Shown here in pieces: positions 1 through 12,579 of a DNA stretch of 64,000 bases; positions within the stretch are counted from its first letter, which is position 1, and every line of letters begins with the position of its first letter. The stretch is from Atractiella rhizophila (taxonomy: Eukaryota): contig MU271257.1 in the NCBI GenBank assembly GCA_021432655.1, positions 52,182 to 116,181 of the forward strand, given 5' to 3'. The notes beneath the pieces are model-generated. The model saw only the letters and a list, made by a program, of their open reading frames with translations. It was not told where the DNA came from and did no database searches. The position numbers were made by a program, and so were the translations under genes.

Positions 1-364
1 CTTTCTGATTGGCCAGATTGTCTCAGACCTTGTCTCAGATCTTAAACGCGTTAATTGTCCGACACTAAAAGGAAACTTAGTCAATGAAAAGAATCCTAAA
101 TCTAAAACAGAGAGGCTTTCGGTTCCTTCAGGAATTTGTAGACAGTCAAGTGACAACTGAAGTGGCAACTGCCATCTAGGATACCCACTAGTACCCAGCA
201 CTCTCTGTCCCAGTACTGATTGCATTGCGCCGGTGATGGCTTTTCAACGTAGCAACAATGCGAGATATTGATGTACAGACTGCGATACGAATACAACTCA
301 GCTGAGTATTCAGTCGTTCCACGACACAAAATGAATGGAACCATAAGGTGAAAAAGACAGACAG

Positions 365-793
365 TTACGCCAAATCCCTTGCCTCCATCATCATCCTCCA
401 TGCTTCCTGAATCTCTGGGCTATCACCGTCGTCATCGTCGTCAACTGGTGCCCCAAGTTTTCGGTAAACATCATTGTCTGCCTTCCGAGATGGCGAGAGT
501 GGCGGGGAAAGGAGAACTGGAGGGGCAGACGTCTGTCGCTTGAACCTTGAAGGGCTTGGGAGTGAGGAGAGGTCGTCTTGATTTTCCAAGGTCGGCGGTG
601 CGGCGACGGCGGTAGCGGAAGGTGTAATTTCGATGATCGATAGAGACGACACTAAGGAATCTATCGCTTTGTCCATGCCCTGAGCCTTTGGCGGAGCTGC
701 TTTGTTCGGTGTCGGGATAGATATTGGGGCAGACATCTCTTTCGAAGATGAATCTTGAGGGGCATCTACGGTCGCTTTCTTTTTCTTGTCGAC
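365..793 (-). CDS. Last exon of a Ser/Pro-rich hypothetical protein; upstream exons lie in or beyond the N gap
   Basis: Open frame VDKKKK...MMMEARDLA* after a GGCAG acceptor. Further exon-like frames at about 1080-1900 could not be joined reliably. Confidence 0.4.
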   Translation of the reverse strand, partial: VDKKKKATVDAPQDSSSKEMSAPISIPTPNKAAPPKAQGMDKAIDSLVSSLSIIEITPSATAVAAPPTLENQDDLSSLPSPSRFKRQTSAPPVLLSPPLSPSRKADNDVYRKLGAPVDDDDDGDSPEIQEAWRMMMEARDLA

Positions 794-855
794 CTGCCAC
801 GTCTTGAATGTGAGCATGCCTCTGCTAGAAGTGTAAAGAAAGCAAAACATACCTC

Positions 856-1075
856 NNNNNNNNNNNNNNNNNNNNNNNNNNNNNNNNNNNNNNNNNNNNN
901 NNNNNNNNNNNNNNNNNNNNNNNNNNNNNNNNNNNNNNNNNNNNNNNNNNNNNNNNNNNNNNNNNNNNNNNNNNNNNNNNNNNNNNNNNNNNNNNNNNNN
1001 NNNNNNNNNNNNNNNNNNNNNNNNNNNNNNNNNNNNNNNNNNNNNNNNNNNNNNNNNNNNNNNNNNNNNNNNNNN
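856..1075. other. Assembly gap (N run)
   Basis: Run of N. Confidence 1.
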
Positions 1076-2170
1076 CGTCGTGGTGGGTTGGCGCACGGAG
1101 GATAAGAACAGGAAGAGTTTATGTGTCGCTCAAGCAGTAGGTCACGGTACAGGGAGGGGTTGAGGTGTTTAGCCTTCATGACACAATCATCATTTCTGAA
1201 GATGAACTAGAAATAACGAGAGGGCGTACCGACATTTTCAAAGTCTCTCGATCGATCTCTCCTGCTCATCCAAGCAAATCCACACGTCAGAGTTTCGAAC
1301 ATCCTCAACTGCTAAGAGCAAAGCTGCTGACATACCTTCGCTCATCTTCTCCACCCACTCTAATCCCTCTCTGACTAAGGCGAGTGCCCGCCTCTCGTTC
1401 CTTCTTCCCAGCTCGTCAAACGTCCGCTCATCTTCCTCCCTCAGAGGACGCGCAGCTCGGCGTGACACCGTCGAGGAGCTGCCACCGGCGTTGCTCGATT
1501 GGACGGAGAACGAGAGCGGGAATCGGTTCGTTGGTGGAGTCTGTTGTTTGTGTTTCGATGCTTGCATTGAAACTGATGCCTTCTTCGTGGGTGCTAACAT
1601 TTTGCAACTTTTGCAAGTGGCGCTTGACTTGGTCCACAGTGAACGAAGCTTGTCAAAGTTATTCCTCTTTTGATTCCAGCCGCAGCATACCCAATCGCTC
1701 GGGAACTCTCCCCCGTCTTGGGTCGTTCGCCAAACAGACTGTAGTGACTCGCTCAAGGTTTAAAGTCGCTCTCCCCGCTGGCCTCCAATGCAGTTCAGGA
1801 CCAGAGTCGGACTTGCATGAATTCTGCTTGGATTTTATATCTCTGAGCCAAACGTCAACAACGCTGAGCAGATCAAGGTGAGCAGTGTCCTCGTGATCTT
1901 CTTAACCTCTCTTGCGATTGTTCGGATAAAAGAGTGGAGACACATTTGGTAGCTTTGAGTTCCACCCGTATCAGTCAAAAAGATGTCAGAGATCAAAGTT
2001 TTGAACCTTGTGGTACTCGGAAGGAGACAGAGAGAGAAATGTTCGTTTGTTCTTTGATTATTGGTTGGGAGGGCTCTAATCAAAAGTTGCGATTGAGAAT
2101 CACTTAGTGATTGTGGAAAGAATGGATTGGGCGCAATCCCGATGAACCGCATCTCATGATGGAATTGTAG

Positions 2171-3046
2171 ATGAATCAGCCATCACCACCAACTTTCCTG
2201 TCTATCCCTCCTGAGCTTCGTCTGGAAATATACGCAGATGTTCTGAAAACAATCGCTTCTGCCCCAACCTATACCTCGCTGCAGTCCTCGCAATACCATA
2301 TTTCATCGAATGATCTACCTACTCATGGTGACGAAACAAAATACGAGTCATCCATCATTTCATATTCTCCTGTCTTCTACCCAAAACAGCCGCTTTACAG
2401 CACTTCTTTGTCGCTCCAGCTGGTATGCAAACAAATCTACAACGAGCTAAAATCGTTGACAAGCTCTGATTCTACATATCACCTTGACCTCGCAATCGTT
2501 GGCGACAGGACCTTCTACCTCACTTGGCTATCCCTTCCCCCTCCTTCACACCTTTCGTTGCAGCCAACCATCCCGAAAGTCCACGTCGACTTTCGATGGG
2601 TAGGACCCAACATTCCCTCCAGCAAACGAGGCGCTTTCTCAGCTGGCTGTGGAGGGCCAGCTTTCGCAGCCTGGGATTTACTCTCCATGCTCAACCGCTT
2701 CCTCAGGCGTGGTCCCACCTTCTCCTCTCCGGCGGGTGGACAAGGAACGGCGCGCAGAGTGGATAATATCACTTTTAACGTGGTATCGAGCGGTCCATCA
2801 GCTGGACCACCGAAATGGGAGCGCGGTGGGGACCGCGGTGGAATTCGTGATGCAGAAGGAGCGTTTGATGCAAAGGCAGCCTTGATGTTGATTGAGGATT
2901 TCTTCTCAACCACTCTATTGCAGACCGAAGGTTACTACAAGGATATCCCAGTGCACATATATGACATGCTTGGGCAGATGGATTTTGCACTGGATGGAAT
3001 CCAGGATAAATCTTTTGATATTGCTGAGTTCAGGAAAAACGAGTAA
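2171..3046 (+). CDS. F-box-like N-terminal motif protein, paralogue 1 (291 aa, uninterrupted CDS)
   Basis: FLSIPPELRLEIY...SLQLVCKQIYNEL. Shares YLTWLSLPPP, GGP..AW, NRFLRRGP and M(D/E)FxLDG with the ORFs at 3283 and 21174. Confidence 0.75.
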   Translation: MNQPSPPTFLSIPPELRLEIYADVLKTIASAPTYTSLQSSQYHISSNDLPTHGDETKYESSIISYSPVFYPKQPLYSTSLSLQLVCKQIYNELKSLTSSDSTYHLDLAIVGDRTFYLTWLSLPPPSHLSLQPTIPKVHVDFRWVGPNIPSSKRGAFSAGCGGPAFAAWDLLSMLNRFLRRGPTFSSPAGGQGTARRVDNITFNVVSSGPSAGPPKWERGGDRGGIRDAEGAFDAKAALMLIEDFFSTTLLQTEGYYKDIPVHIYDMLGQMDFALDGIQDKSFDIAEFRKNE

Positions 3047-3282
3047 AGATTCCAGAATAAAAGTTTCGGAGCACTTGGGTCGTGGCAGTTCAGAAGAGAA
3101 TGAATTGATTTGTCTTCCCATCTAATTCTTTGATGCAAACATTTCTTGTATACCCTTGTTAGTGTTCCTGCAATGTTTCATTTAAAAGAGTGCGATCCTT
3201 ACTCGATGCGGCTATTGAAAGTTAGATTGAATGATTAAGTTCTCTTGCTGTCTGAGAGTGGTTGTTGATGCACGCGCAACAG

Positions 3283-4170
3283 ATGAAAACCCCACCAACT
3301 CTCTTGTCCATTCCTCTCGAACTTCGCTTTTCGATCTACTGGGAACTTCTGAACGCCTCCATACCCAACTTCCCGTTCTCTGGTTCATCTCAGGAGCACC
3401 TCTCCCCACCAAGAATAGCTCAGGACCGGTTTACCTACGAACAATCTGATGGAGTCTACTACCCCCGTAGTCCGCTGTTTGGAACAACCTTACCTCTCCA
3501 ACTGACATGCAAGCAATTCTACACGGAGATAGAATTATTCAATGCCACCGATTCATCCCGTGGGATTAGCTGCCATCTCGAACTTGCGATTCTCCGAGCG
3601 AACGACATCTATCTAACATGGCTATCACTCCCTCCTCCTCCTTCTTCCCCTTTATCTATCTACCACGTCCAAGTCGACTTCCGAAGCATTCGGCCCGTGA
3701 CGGACAAAGAGTTCAGACGTGGAATCTTCCGAGGAGGCGACGGTGGGCCTCCCAGGATCGCATGGAAGCTGCTCGCCATTCTCAACCGATTCCTTCGACG
3801 AGGACCAACTTTCACTTCTGCCGCCGGGAATAAAGATACACCAGTTAAGGTTGAGAACATCACGCTGAATTTCATTACGTCCACTCCCTCGAACGAAAAC
3901 TTGGACGACGAATCGGGGGAAAAGGCAGAAATACGCTATCAGAAGCATCGAAGGAATGAGGATGGAACGTATAAAGCTGAGGATGCTTTGAGACTCGTGA
4001 AAGACTTGTTTATGATAGCGTTGCGTCAAAGATCTACTTCCTACAGTGATGTTCCAAAATTTATTTTCGAGAAGCTTCAGAGGATGGAGTTTGCTTTAGA
4101 CGGGAAAGTAGACAGCTCAATTGATGTTCATGGGTTGAAGAAGCACGCCAATGAAGCTGGTGCAGACTAG
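3283..4170 (+). CDS. F-box-like protein, paralogue 2 (tandem copy)
   Basis: LLSIPLELRFSIY, LQLTCKQFYTEI, YLTWLSLPPP, NRFLRRGPTF, MEFALDG. Confidence 0.75.
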   Translation: MKTPPTLLSIPLELRFSIYWELLNASIPNFPFSGSSQEHLSPPRIAQDRFTYEQSDGVYYPRSPLFGTTLPLQLTCKQFYTEIELFNATDSSRGISCHLELAILRANDIYLTWLSLPPPPSSPLSIYHVQVDFRSIRPVTDKEFRRGIFRGGDGGPPRIAWKLLAILNRFLRRGPTFTSAAGNKDTPVKVENITLNFITSTPSNENLDDESGEKAEIRYQKHRRNEDGTYKAEDALRLVKDLFMIALRQRSTSYSDVPKFIFEKLQRMEFALDGKVDSSIDVHGLKKHANEAGAD

Positions 4171-4267
4171 GGAGATTCACGCCTGTGACCGATATTTCTT
4201 TGGACTTCATCATGTACTGCAATAGCGAGACGATTGATAACACCTTTTTCTGCGCGAGGTTGAAGCT

Positions 4268-4863
4268 TTAGGAAAGGAGCATAAGCAATCCAGCCATGAC
4301 CAAAGCAATCAGTGCGGTCTGAGTAGTGCTGACGTTGACGGAAGTGGCTGCACCTCTTCCTCTTCTCAAAAGCGCGGTTGGGACCATGCTTACATTCATG
4401 ACAACATTGTCTGTGTGAAAAGGTCAGAAAGGGTTGTAGTGAGGCGAAAATAACAAAGAGAGCATACTGGCGTCACAAATCTTCGTCGCCCACCCTTCAG
4501 CAGTTGGGAGCTGGTAAAAATCACAGTTCTATTTGACAAATTATTTGTACCATCCCGAATAAATCGACGAAAGCCTACCTCGATCATGCAGGCATACGTT
4601 TTGTTGACGAACATCCCATCCTGGCACATACACGACTGGTCGTCCATATCCTTGCACCGGGAGCTTTGCACGACGTGTTGCTGTGTGCATTTGTATGCAC
4701 AGGTAGGCATCAAGTGCATCTACATTTTCTTAAGTTATCTCAATATCACGATATACATGTTCGAGTTGGAAAGATGACGCACCATCCACTTTGGATCCGT
4801 AGGTACAACAGCCATTGAAAGCTGAAAAAGAGGCAGGATGAAGGTCCAGAAAAGTAGCAACAT
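4268..4863 (-). CDS. Small secreted, probably GPI-anchored CFEM-domain protein (multi-exon)
   Basis: Signal peptide MLLLFWTFILPLF; Cys pattern PTCAYKC..SRCKDMDDQSCMCQD..YACMIE|NC..KIC; hydrophobic C-terminus TALIALVMAGLLMLLS*. Confidence 0.75.
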
Positions 4864-7800
4864 TGTAAAGGGCACTTGCCTGGATAGAGCCCTGTGCAAC
4901 TATAGTTTATGGATCTAGTAGAAAACGCAAACCAGTTCTTTATATTTCGCTGAACTTCATGGCAGTGGGTTCATCTGACGGCGAAGCACGATTAACCCCT
5001 GCACATGTCCGATGGATATATTGGCAAAAGGACTGTCCTTACTACAGCCTCTTCTTCTCCTTTGATTAATGTTGGATAGCCTGAGATCCGGGGCACAATA
5101 CTAAGGTTAGTAATTGATACTGTCCCTGGCTATCTCGACAACAACTCGACAAAGTGAAAAGACAAAAAGCACGTTAAAGCCTGCCTCGGAAGAGGCTAGC
5201 ATGGGGCCATATTGTAAAATTTATCATGTTGATGTGCTCGGCACTGGCTAGTACCCCGTGCAGTACAGTGACCGCGAATTTCGTGACTGCGAATTTCGGG
5301 TCGCAGACCTGCTTGGTTCTACAAGACGACTTCTTTTGTCTCTACATTCGCTCGTTATTATGTGTGGGCCGACATTCGATACGCGTTCATCGCGGTTATC
5401 ACCCATTCACCTTCATGGCCCCATGGCCTCCTGGTCGACGGACAATCAAGCCTATTGTCAACTTCCATGGAACCCGATGTTGAGGAAACAACCAAATTTG
5501 AACTCCTTAAAGGAAATTCTGTCGCTCTGGACGGACTGAGCACTCCAAAGCGCTAATATGGCTTCTGCTGTGCGACAGAGCTCAATTTGCCGTTGATGGC
5601 ATCAATTGACCACTTGCATTGTCACAAAGAACCTTACACGTGAAGTGAACAGTGAAGGAAAGTCGGCTGGAGTGGAATGATGTGCTGCAAGGTTTCATTG
5701 GGACTTGGTTTTCTTGAACGATGGCTCAGAAGCTTTGTTCACTGGCACATACAAGGGTCCTGCAATGATGTCTCAGTGCTTCGATTTCGATTAGCAATTG
5801 CTGACTTCGATGAATGAACACATTTTTATTCGAGTCTGAGAGATCTAGTCGGAGAGAGAGCAAAGGAAGCATACGGAGAAGGCGGCAAAGCCAAAATATA
5901 TGCAAGGATGTCCATTGAGGGAAGAGCCTTCACGAGTGAAATCTAGGGATGAGAAGGTAGTAAGGTGAAATTAAAGGTTTCGGGAATCAAGAAACTATTT
6001 GCACTCGACTAATCACTGCAACGACTCGAAGGAAGGGGTGAAACTAAAAATGAAGGCGAAAGGAGGGGACGAACCCAATAGGGACTTGGTTGTGAACTGA
6101 GAGATGAACAAGATTCCAGATAAGAAGTAGTAATTGTCCATCCGAAACGTCCCTCGAAGCATGACCGCGACTCAAACAATAATTTACACCAACCACATCG
6201 TCCGATTACGAGAGCACTGTGGATTTTCCAGCTCCAGCAGCAGCAGGTGGCTTCTTCGTCAACTCCTTCTTCGGTCTGACGAGGGTCTTCCTTATCCGCT
6301 TCTTCTCCTCTGCATCGAGTCCCCATTCCTCCACGAAATTGCCAAACCATTCTCCGGCCAACTTGCTCGGGAGTTCAACTAGGAAGTGGAACGGAACGGC
6401 CAAGCCGACGGATGCGGCGAAGAGGACGAGATAAGTGATACCGAGGATGGAAGCGCCACTGGAGCCATTGTTGTGCAGGTTCAGGGCGAGATCAGGGATG
6501 ATGGTGAACAGGAGAGGGACGCAGAGGAGGTAAATTCCAGCAGCGAGTCGACCGAGTGTTCTCATGACGATGTTTCCGAATACGAATTGGAGCGGCTTCG
6601 AACTTTCGACGACGAAGAGGATGCAGGCGACGAAGATGCAGTCGGCGAAGGTGATCTCGGGATGGTCCTGGACGTTGATCTTGGCCAATCCAGAATTTAT
6701 ATTGTTCCTGATGGGTCCCGCGAATTGGGTGATACCAGCAATAGCGAGAAAGATGACCTGAATGGCGATCTGGACGAGAATTGGTGCCTTCTGAATTCGC
6801 TTCCAAACACCTTGGGCTCCGAAATCCGCGTAGAAGCAACATTGTAAAGGGCACTTGCCTGGATAGAGCCCTGTGCAACTATAGTTTATGGATCTAGTAG
6901 AAAACGCAAACCAGTTCTTTATATTTCGCTGAACTTCATGGCAGTGGGTTCATCTGACGGCGAAGCACGATTAACCCCTGCACATGTCCGATGGATATAT
7001 TGGCAAAAGGACTGTCCTTGCTACAGCCTCTTCTTCTCCTTTGATTAATGTTGGATAGCCTGAGATCCGGGGCACAATACTAAGGCTAGCAATTGATACT
7101 GTCCGTGGCTATCTCGACGACGACTCGACAAAGTGAAAAGACAAAAAGCACGTTAAAGCCTGCCTCGGAAGAGGCTAGCATGGGGCCATATTGTAAAATT
7201 TATGATGTTGATGTGCTCGGCACTGGCTAGTACCCCGTGCACTGCAGTGACCGCGAATTTCGGGTCGCAGACCTGCTTGGTTCTACAAGACGACTTCTTT
7301 TGTCTCTACATTCGCTCGTTATTATGTGTGGGCCGACATTCGATACGCGTTCATCGCGGTTATCACCCATCCACCTTCATGGCCCCATGGCCTCATGGTC
7401 GACGGACAATCAAGCCTATTGTCAACTTCCATGGAACCCGATGTTGAGGAAACAACCAAATTTGAACTCCTTGAAGGAAATTCTGTCGCTCTGGACGGAC
7501 TGAGCACTCCAAAGCGCTAATATGGCTTCTGCTGTGCGACAGAGCCCACTTTGCCGTTGATGGCATCAATTGACCACTTGCGTGTCACAAAGAACCTTCC
7601 ACGGGAACGTGAACAGTGAAGGAAAGTCGGCTGGAGTGGAATGATGTGCCGCAAGCTTTCATTGGGACTTGGTTTTCTTGAACGATGGCTCAGAAGCTTT
7701 GTTCACTGGCACATACAAGGGTCCTGCAATGATGTCTCAGTGCTTCGATTTCGATTAGCAATTGCTGACTTCGATGAATGAACACATTTTTATTCGAGTC

Positions 7801-8798
7801 TGAGAGATCTAGTCGGAGAGAGAGCAAAGGAAGCATACGGAGAAGGCGGCAAAGCCAAAATATATGCAAGGATGTCCATTGAGGGAAGAGCCTTCACGAG
7901 TGAAATCTAGGGATGAGAAGGTAGTAAGGTGAAATTAAAGGTTTCGGGAATCAAGAAACTATTTGCACTCGACTAATCACTGCAACGACTCGAAGGAAGG
8001 GGTGAAACTAAAAATGAAGGCGAAAGGAGGGGACGAACCCAATAGGGACTTGGTTGTGAACTGAGAGATGAACAAGATTCCAGATAAGAAGTAGTAATTG
8101 TCCATCCGAAACGTCCCTCGAAACATGACCGCGACTCAAACAATAATTTACACCAACCACATCGTCCGATTACGAGAGCACTGTGGATTTTCCAGCTCCA
8201 GCAGCAGCGGGTGGCTTCTTCGTCAACTCCTTCTTCGGTCTGACGAGGGTCTTCCTTATCCGCTTCTTCTCCTCTGCATCGAGTCCCCATTCCTCCACGA
8301 AATTGCCAAACCATTCTCCGGCCAACTTGCTCGGGAGTTCAACTAGGAAGTGGAACGGAACGGCCAAGCCGACGGATGCGGCGAAGAGGACGAGATAAGT
8401 GATACCGAGGATGGAAGCGCCACTGGAGCCATTGTTGTGCAGGTTCAGGGCGAGATCAGGGATGATGGTGAACAGGAGAGGGACGCAGAGGAGGTAAATT
8501 CCAGCAGCGAGTCGACCGAGTGTTCTCATGACGATGTTTCCGAATACGAATTGGAGCGGCTTCGAACTTTCGACTACGAAGAGGATGCAGGCGACGAAGA
8601 TGCAGTCGGCGAAGGTGATCTCGGGATGGTCCTGGACGTTGATCTTGGCCAATCCAGAGTTTATATTGTTCCTGATGGGTCCTGCGAATTGGGTGATACC
8701 AGCAATAGCGAGAAAGATGACCTGAATGGCGATCTGGACGAGAATTGGTGCCTTCTGAATTCGCTTCCAAACACCTTGGGCTCCGAAATCCGCGTAGA
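4856..8798. repeat. Head-to-tail duplication: units 4856-6834 and 6835-8798
   Basis: Near-identical ~1.97-kb units with scattered SNPs and a 15-bp indel near 5280. Confidence 0.95.
6206..6834 (-). pseudogene. 5'-truncated duplicate (or second allele) of the acyltransferase last exon
   Basis: Encodes the same 160 aa as 8170-8652; fused out of frame to the duplicated CFEM ATG at 6843. Confidence 0.7.
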
Positions 8799-10327
8799 CA
8801 AGTCCGATGAGAGCAGCCTATTGTCATGATCAGGGATGATTGAAGGAGTACAAGAGGAAGGGACGAACAAAGAAGAAGTTGTATGTGGTCCAACTGAAAA
8901 ATCCGATGATAATGTAGACCCAGTACCGATTGCTGCTCAAGTTGCCAAGAATCATGTGGAGGACGTAAGCGAAGTAGGATGACTGGAAGAACCAGGGAGT
9001 GGTCCAGAGGTTTCCAGCAAAGGTCTGACCAGCCAAAGTTTGCCATTCGTAGTACGTGAACTAATGGAATCACATCAACCATCACGTCCATCTGGATATA
9101 GAAAGGGACATACCAGGTTAAAGATGAGCGTGCAATAACCAGCGAAGTTGGTGATCAAACCCCAATACGGCTCATCCATTCCGACGGCATTGCAGTTCGA
9201 GGTAGCACCATTCGCAGCGACACCCCACTGAACGGCGGCGACGACGATGACGGGAAGGATGAACCTGAACGGCCGGACCAACATCGCTCTGGTCAACCGT
9301 GGCCAAGAGATCGAAGGTTTGAGCTTCTTGTCGCTTGGACCCTGATTCTGGAGTGCGGCCGGCGAAGGGATATCCCACAGCGGAGTGATGACCGCTCGCC
9401 CCAAGATCGCGAGGAAGAAGACGATTCCCAGACCCTTCGACCTTTTCCACGAAAGAAAACCTCTCAACCCTTCTCTCCTTTGCCTGAGAATGGAACAACT
9501 CACCTGAAAACGTAGAGGGGACTGCTCCTCTGGATCGCGCTGTAAGAATCAGGCGTCAAGACCGCGTCGAACATTGTTCCGTTCAGAACGATCCAAGCGG
9601 CGATAAACTTCATCCCGTCCAAATAACCCAGCCGTCCAGGGGTGTTAGGGGCGTATTTAGTGTGTCTAGGGTCCTTTCCCGAATCTCCAAAGTCACCTCC
9701 GCTAAACCTCTTGTACGCCTTCGCCAGCGCACCAGCTCGACCCTCATCCTCAAAGTTCACGGGTTGCCTTCCGTAGCCAGCATGGGCGGATCCAGGACCA
9801 TGAACATCGGCAGAGCCTAGATTTTGGTAGGCCTTCTTTTCGTCTCCAATCGCGGAGTGAAGGGGCTGTTCTCCGTCTCCAAACGGAGGTTCCGAATCGG
9901 CGTGGTAAGCGTTGGAGAGCGGATGAGAGCCTGGTGCTTGGCTATAGCGAGAAGAGGCTCCGGAGACGTAACCAGGTCTTGTTCCGGAGGGATTGAGGGG
10001 CGACAGACCCGGTTCCCCGTTCTTGTAATAGACGGAGTTGGTTTGGGAGTACCTCGGAAGCGATTGCGACGATCCGTAGTAGGGCGAGGGCATACCCGGA
10101 GACTGAGGAATACCAGAGCTAGAGTACCCACCGTGTCCCTGGGAGCTACCGTGGTTTTGACCGTCGTCACCAACCATCGTGTTAGATGAACTCTGACGAA
10201 ATCCTGTGTTAACCCTGGGACTGGCAAGGCCGCCTTGGGAGTAGTTATCGTCTGGGAAGTTGGGAGGGGACGGGTAGATGTTGGTGTTGTTGGAAGGGGG
10301 AGTGTGACCGCCGTCGTATCTTGACAT
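8170..10327 (-). CDS. Acyltransferase-3 (OafA-like) multi-pass membrane protein with a long disordered N-terminus; 3 introns
   Basis: RLGYLDGMKFIAA, RPFRFILP and GNLWTTPW motifs; many TM segments; introns 9442-9503, ~9061-9114 and ~8818-8868 keep the frame. Confidence 0.7.
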
Positions 10328-10901
10328 TATCTACAGCGGCATCAACTTGGCTCGTCATAAAAACCATGCATGCAAAAGGAACATACCGAATTCTCTAATT
10401 CCGACTAGAAATATCGTTACTGCGACTGTTTGGCTGCCTGTTTTAGGCTTCTTGGTGGATTAAAGCTGCTGAAGCTGAAGCGCTGAGGGTCAAAACGATG
10501 GGAAGGGTACTGGACGTCAAGGTGGTTTCAGAATTGTCATAATGAAACTCTATTTTCAGCCCCTAAGGTCATTATTTGCACAACGCAGGATTTTCTCTCT
10601 ACTGCAGCCTGAACATCTCAGATTACTGGAGCACGGAAAGCATCCTTTCTTAGCAGCTCAAGAGGTGGACAGAAATGACAGCGCCAAGAATGAATTAGAG
10701 GATTGCAAAATTAATCGTACAACACCAATTTTCATGTTGCGTGGATATCCCAATAAAAACGTGAATGAAGAAAAAGGAGTCCTTAATGTCCACAAAAAAA
10801 CAGAGAATGATTAAAACTCTCTTATTTTCCAACCTATTTCACTCATATCAACATCCTCCTCATCACAACAGGGAGGTCAGAACTCACAGCGGGGCAAACG
10901 A

Positions 10902-12220
10902 TCAAGACACAGTACAGCTCTCCCCATCCCGACTCCTCCGACTGCCCCTCGTCTCTCCCTGCGCCTTCGCGCCAATCGCGACCCTCGCAGCCTCCTCAAA
11001 ACACTCCGTCACACCCCGATTATGCTTCGCCGAACACTCGAGGTACCGACTCGCCCGTATCCTCCTCGCGACTTGCAGACCAGCTTCGTATTCGACCGGA
11101 TGCTGGCCGAACCGTTGCAGCTTCTCTCGCGTCCCGGGGTCGTCTCGAAGGTCGCATTTGAGAGCGACGAGACAGAGCTTGACGCCTTCGCAGTGCTCGA
11201 TTATTTCGTGGATCCACTGTTATCATTGTTCCCCGTTAATAAAGAGGGAATGAGGAAGAGAAGGAAACGGGGGCCTACTTTGGATTCTACATTCTCTAGA
11301 CAGACAGGTTGGTCGACTGAAAAACATAGCATGACGACATGGGTGTCCGCATAAGACAGTGAGCGGAGCTTGTCAAATTCTTCTTGTCCTATTCGTCCCA
11401 ACCATTCAAAAGCATCAGTAAGGAGCTAATAATAATACTCAAAGCAGGTTGGAGAAATTTGCGAGCCACCGAGATGCATCAGCTTCGTTGAGAAGGTCGA
11501 GAAGAATATGCAGACTCAATATGCACGACATTGATGTTCGCAGCGTTTCGGCTCCTCTAGCTCGTTTGGAAGGCAAGAGGGAATTTGACATATCTGCGGG
11601 TAATGCGAGCATACACACTCTCCTCCATCGTCTTCACACCAATACTTGTTTTTGCACACTTGGAATGAAACGACTTTCCGTCCCCCTGTAGCAACCAAAA
11701 AGAGGACTCACCTGCCGTATCCCATAGACTCAACTCCACCTGCGCATCGTCAATCCATAAATCGTGAACATGGTTCTCAAACACTGTCGGCTCATAATAC
11801 TATTTGCCCCAACCATCTTCAACGCCTCCTTTCACGGCAGCTCGGAGACAGCGAAACATACCTGAGGAAAGAAGCCCCGTGTGTACACATTCAACCTGGT
11901 CACAAGAATACTCTCGTCAGTGTTCCATTCCATTGTTCCTTCACTCTTAACCGTAAACAAAGAAACGATGAGCAAACGCACAAAGAGGTTTTCCCACATG
12001 CCCCGTCGCCCAAGACGACTACCTAACGGCTCCATAAGCTTTCTCATGCTTCGCTTGTACTGAGCACTGTGAATGAGGAAAGCGAACCTTCCGTTGCAGC
12101 TAAGAGGAGCAAAGAATACCGTGGTGAGTTAGCCGTAAAACTTTCGAGGAAGCTAATGAAAATACACACAACTCGACGTGGTGGAGGTGGATGGGCAGCA
12201 GAGGACGAACAGAGTGGCAT
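10902..12220 (-). CDS. RHO3: Rho-family GTPase Rho3
   Basis: MPLC N-terminus, [54 protein letters not shown] and C-terminal CTVS CaaX. Confidence 0.92.
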
Positions 12221-12423
12221 TGGCAATGTTGTTACGTGCAAAATTGCTGGTTGGTTGGAGTAACGTTGATGGTCTTGGTGGAAGAACTTAGAAAAACCAA
12301 TCGAACGAGCTAATGTACACGTGACATCATCATTTGTGGAGTTACAGCCATATCATTCCTGTGTTACGCCGAACAAGACTCAAGGCTCGAATGGAGCTAG
12401 AATGAGAATGGGAGTGAAAATGG

Positions 12424-12579
12424 CTAGATATAAGTTGCAGTAAATATTACAATCAACAATACCAATAATAGAAATACAGTGACATGCAGAGATGTCGAAC
12501 GAGAATCGAGTCGATAGGATAGTAGGGAGATGAAGATGATGGAAACGATGAGGAGGAGAATTGGCGGAACAGTAGGCAT
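12424..12579 (-). CDS. 51-aa two-TM micropeptide (copy A)
   Basis: MPTVPPILLLIVSIIFISLLSYRLDSRSTSLHVTVFLLLVLLIVIFTATYI*. ATG directly follows a TACAG acceptor; below the ORF-track length cutoff. Confidence 0.55.
   Translation of the reverse strand: MPTVPPILLLIVSIIFISLLSYRLDSRSTSLHVTVFLLLVLLIVIFTATYI

Noticed and set aside
18..42. TTGTCTCAGA direct repeat at the window start
   Set aside because: Only two short copies, with no context.
6492..6878. Chimeric CFEM-ATG / acyltransferase fusion ORF
   Set aside because: Out of frame with the acyltransferase, and it sits on a probable assembly junction.
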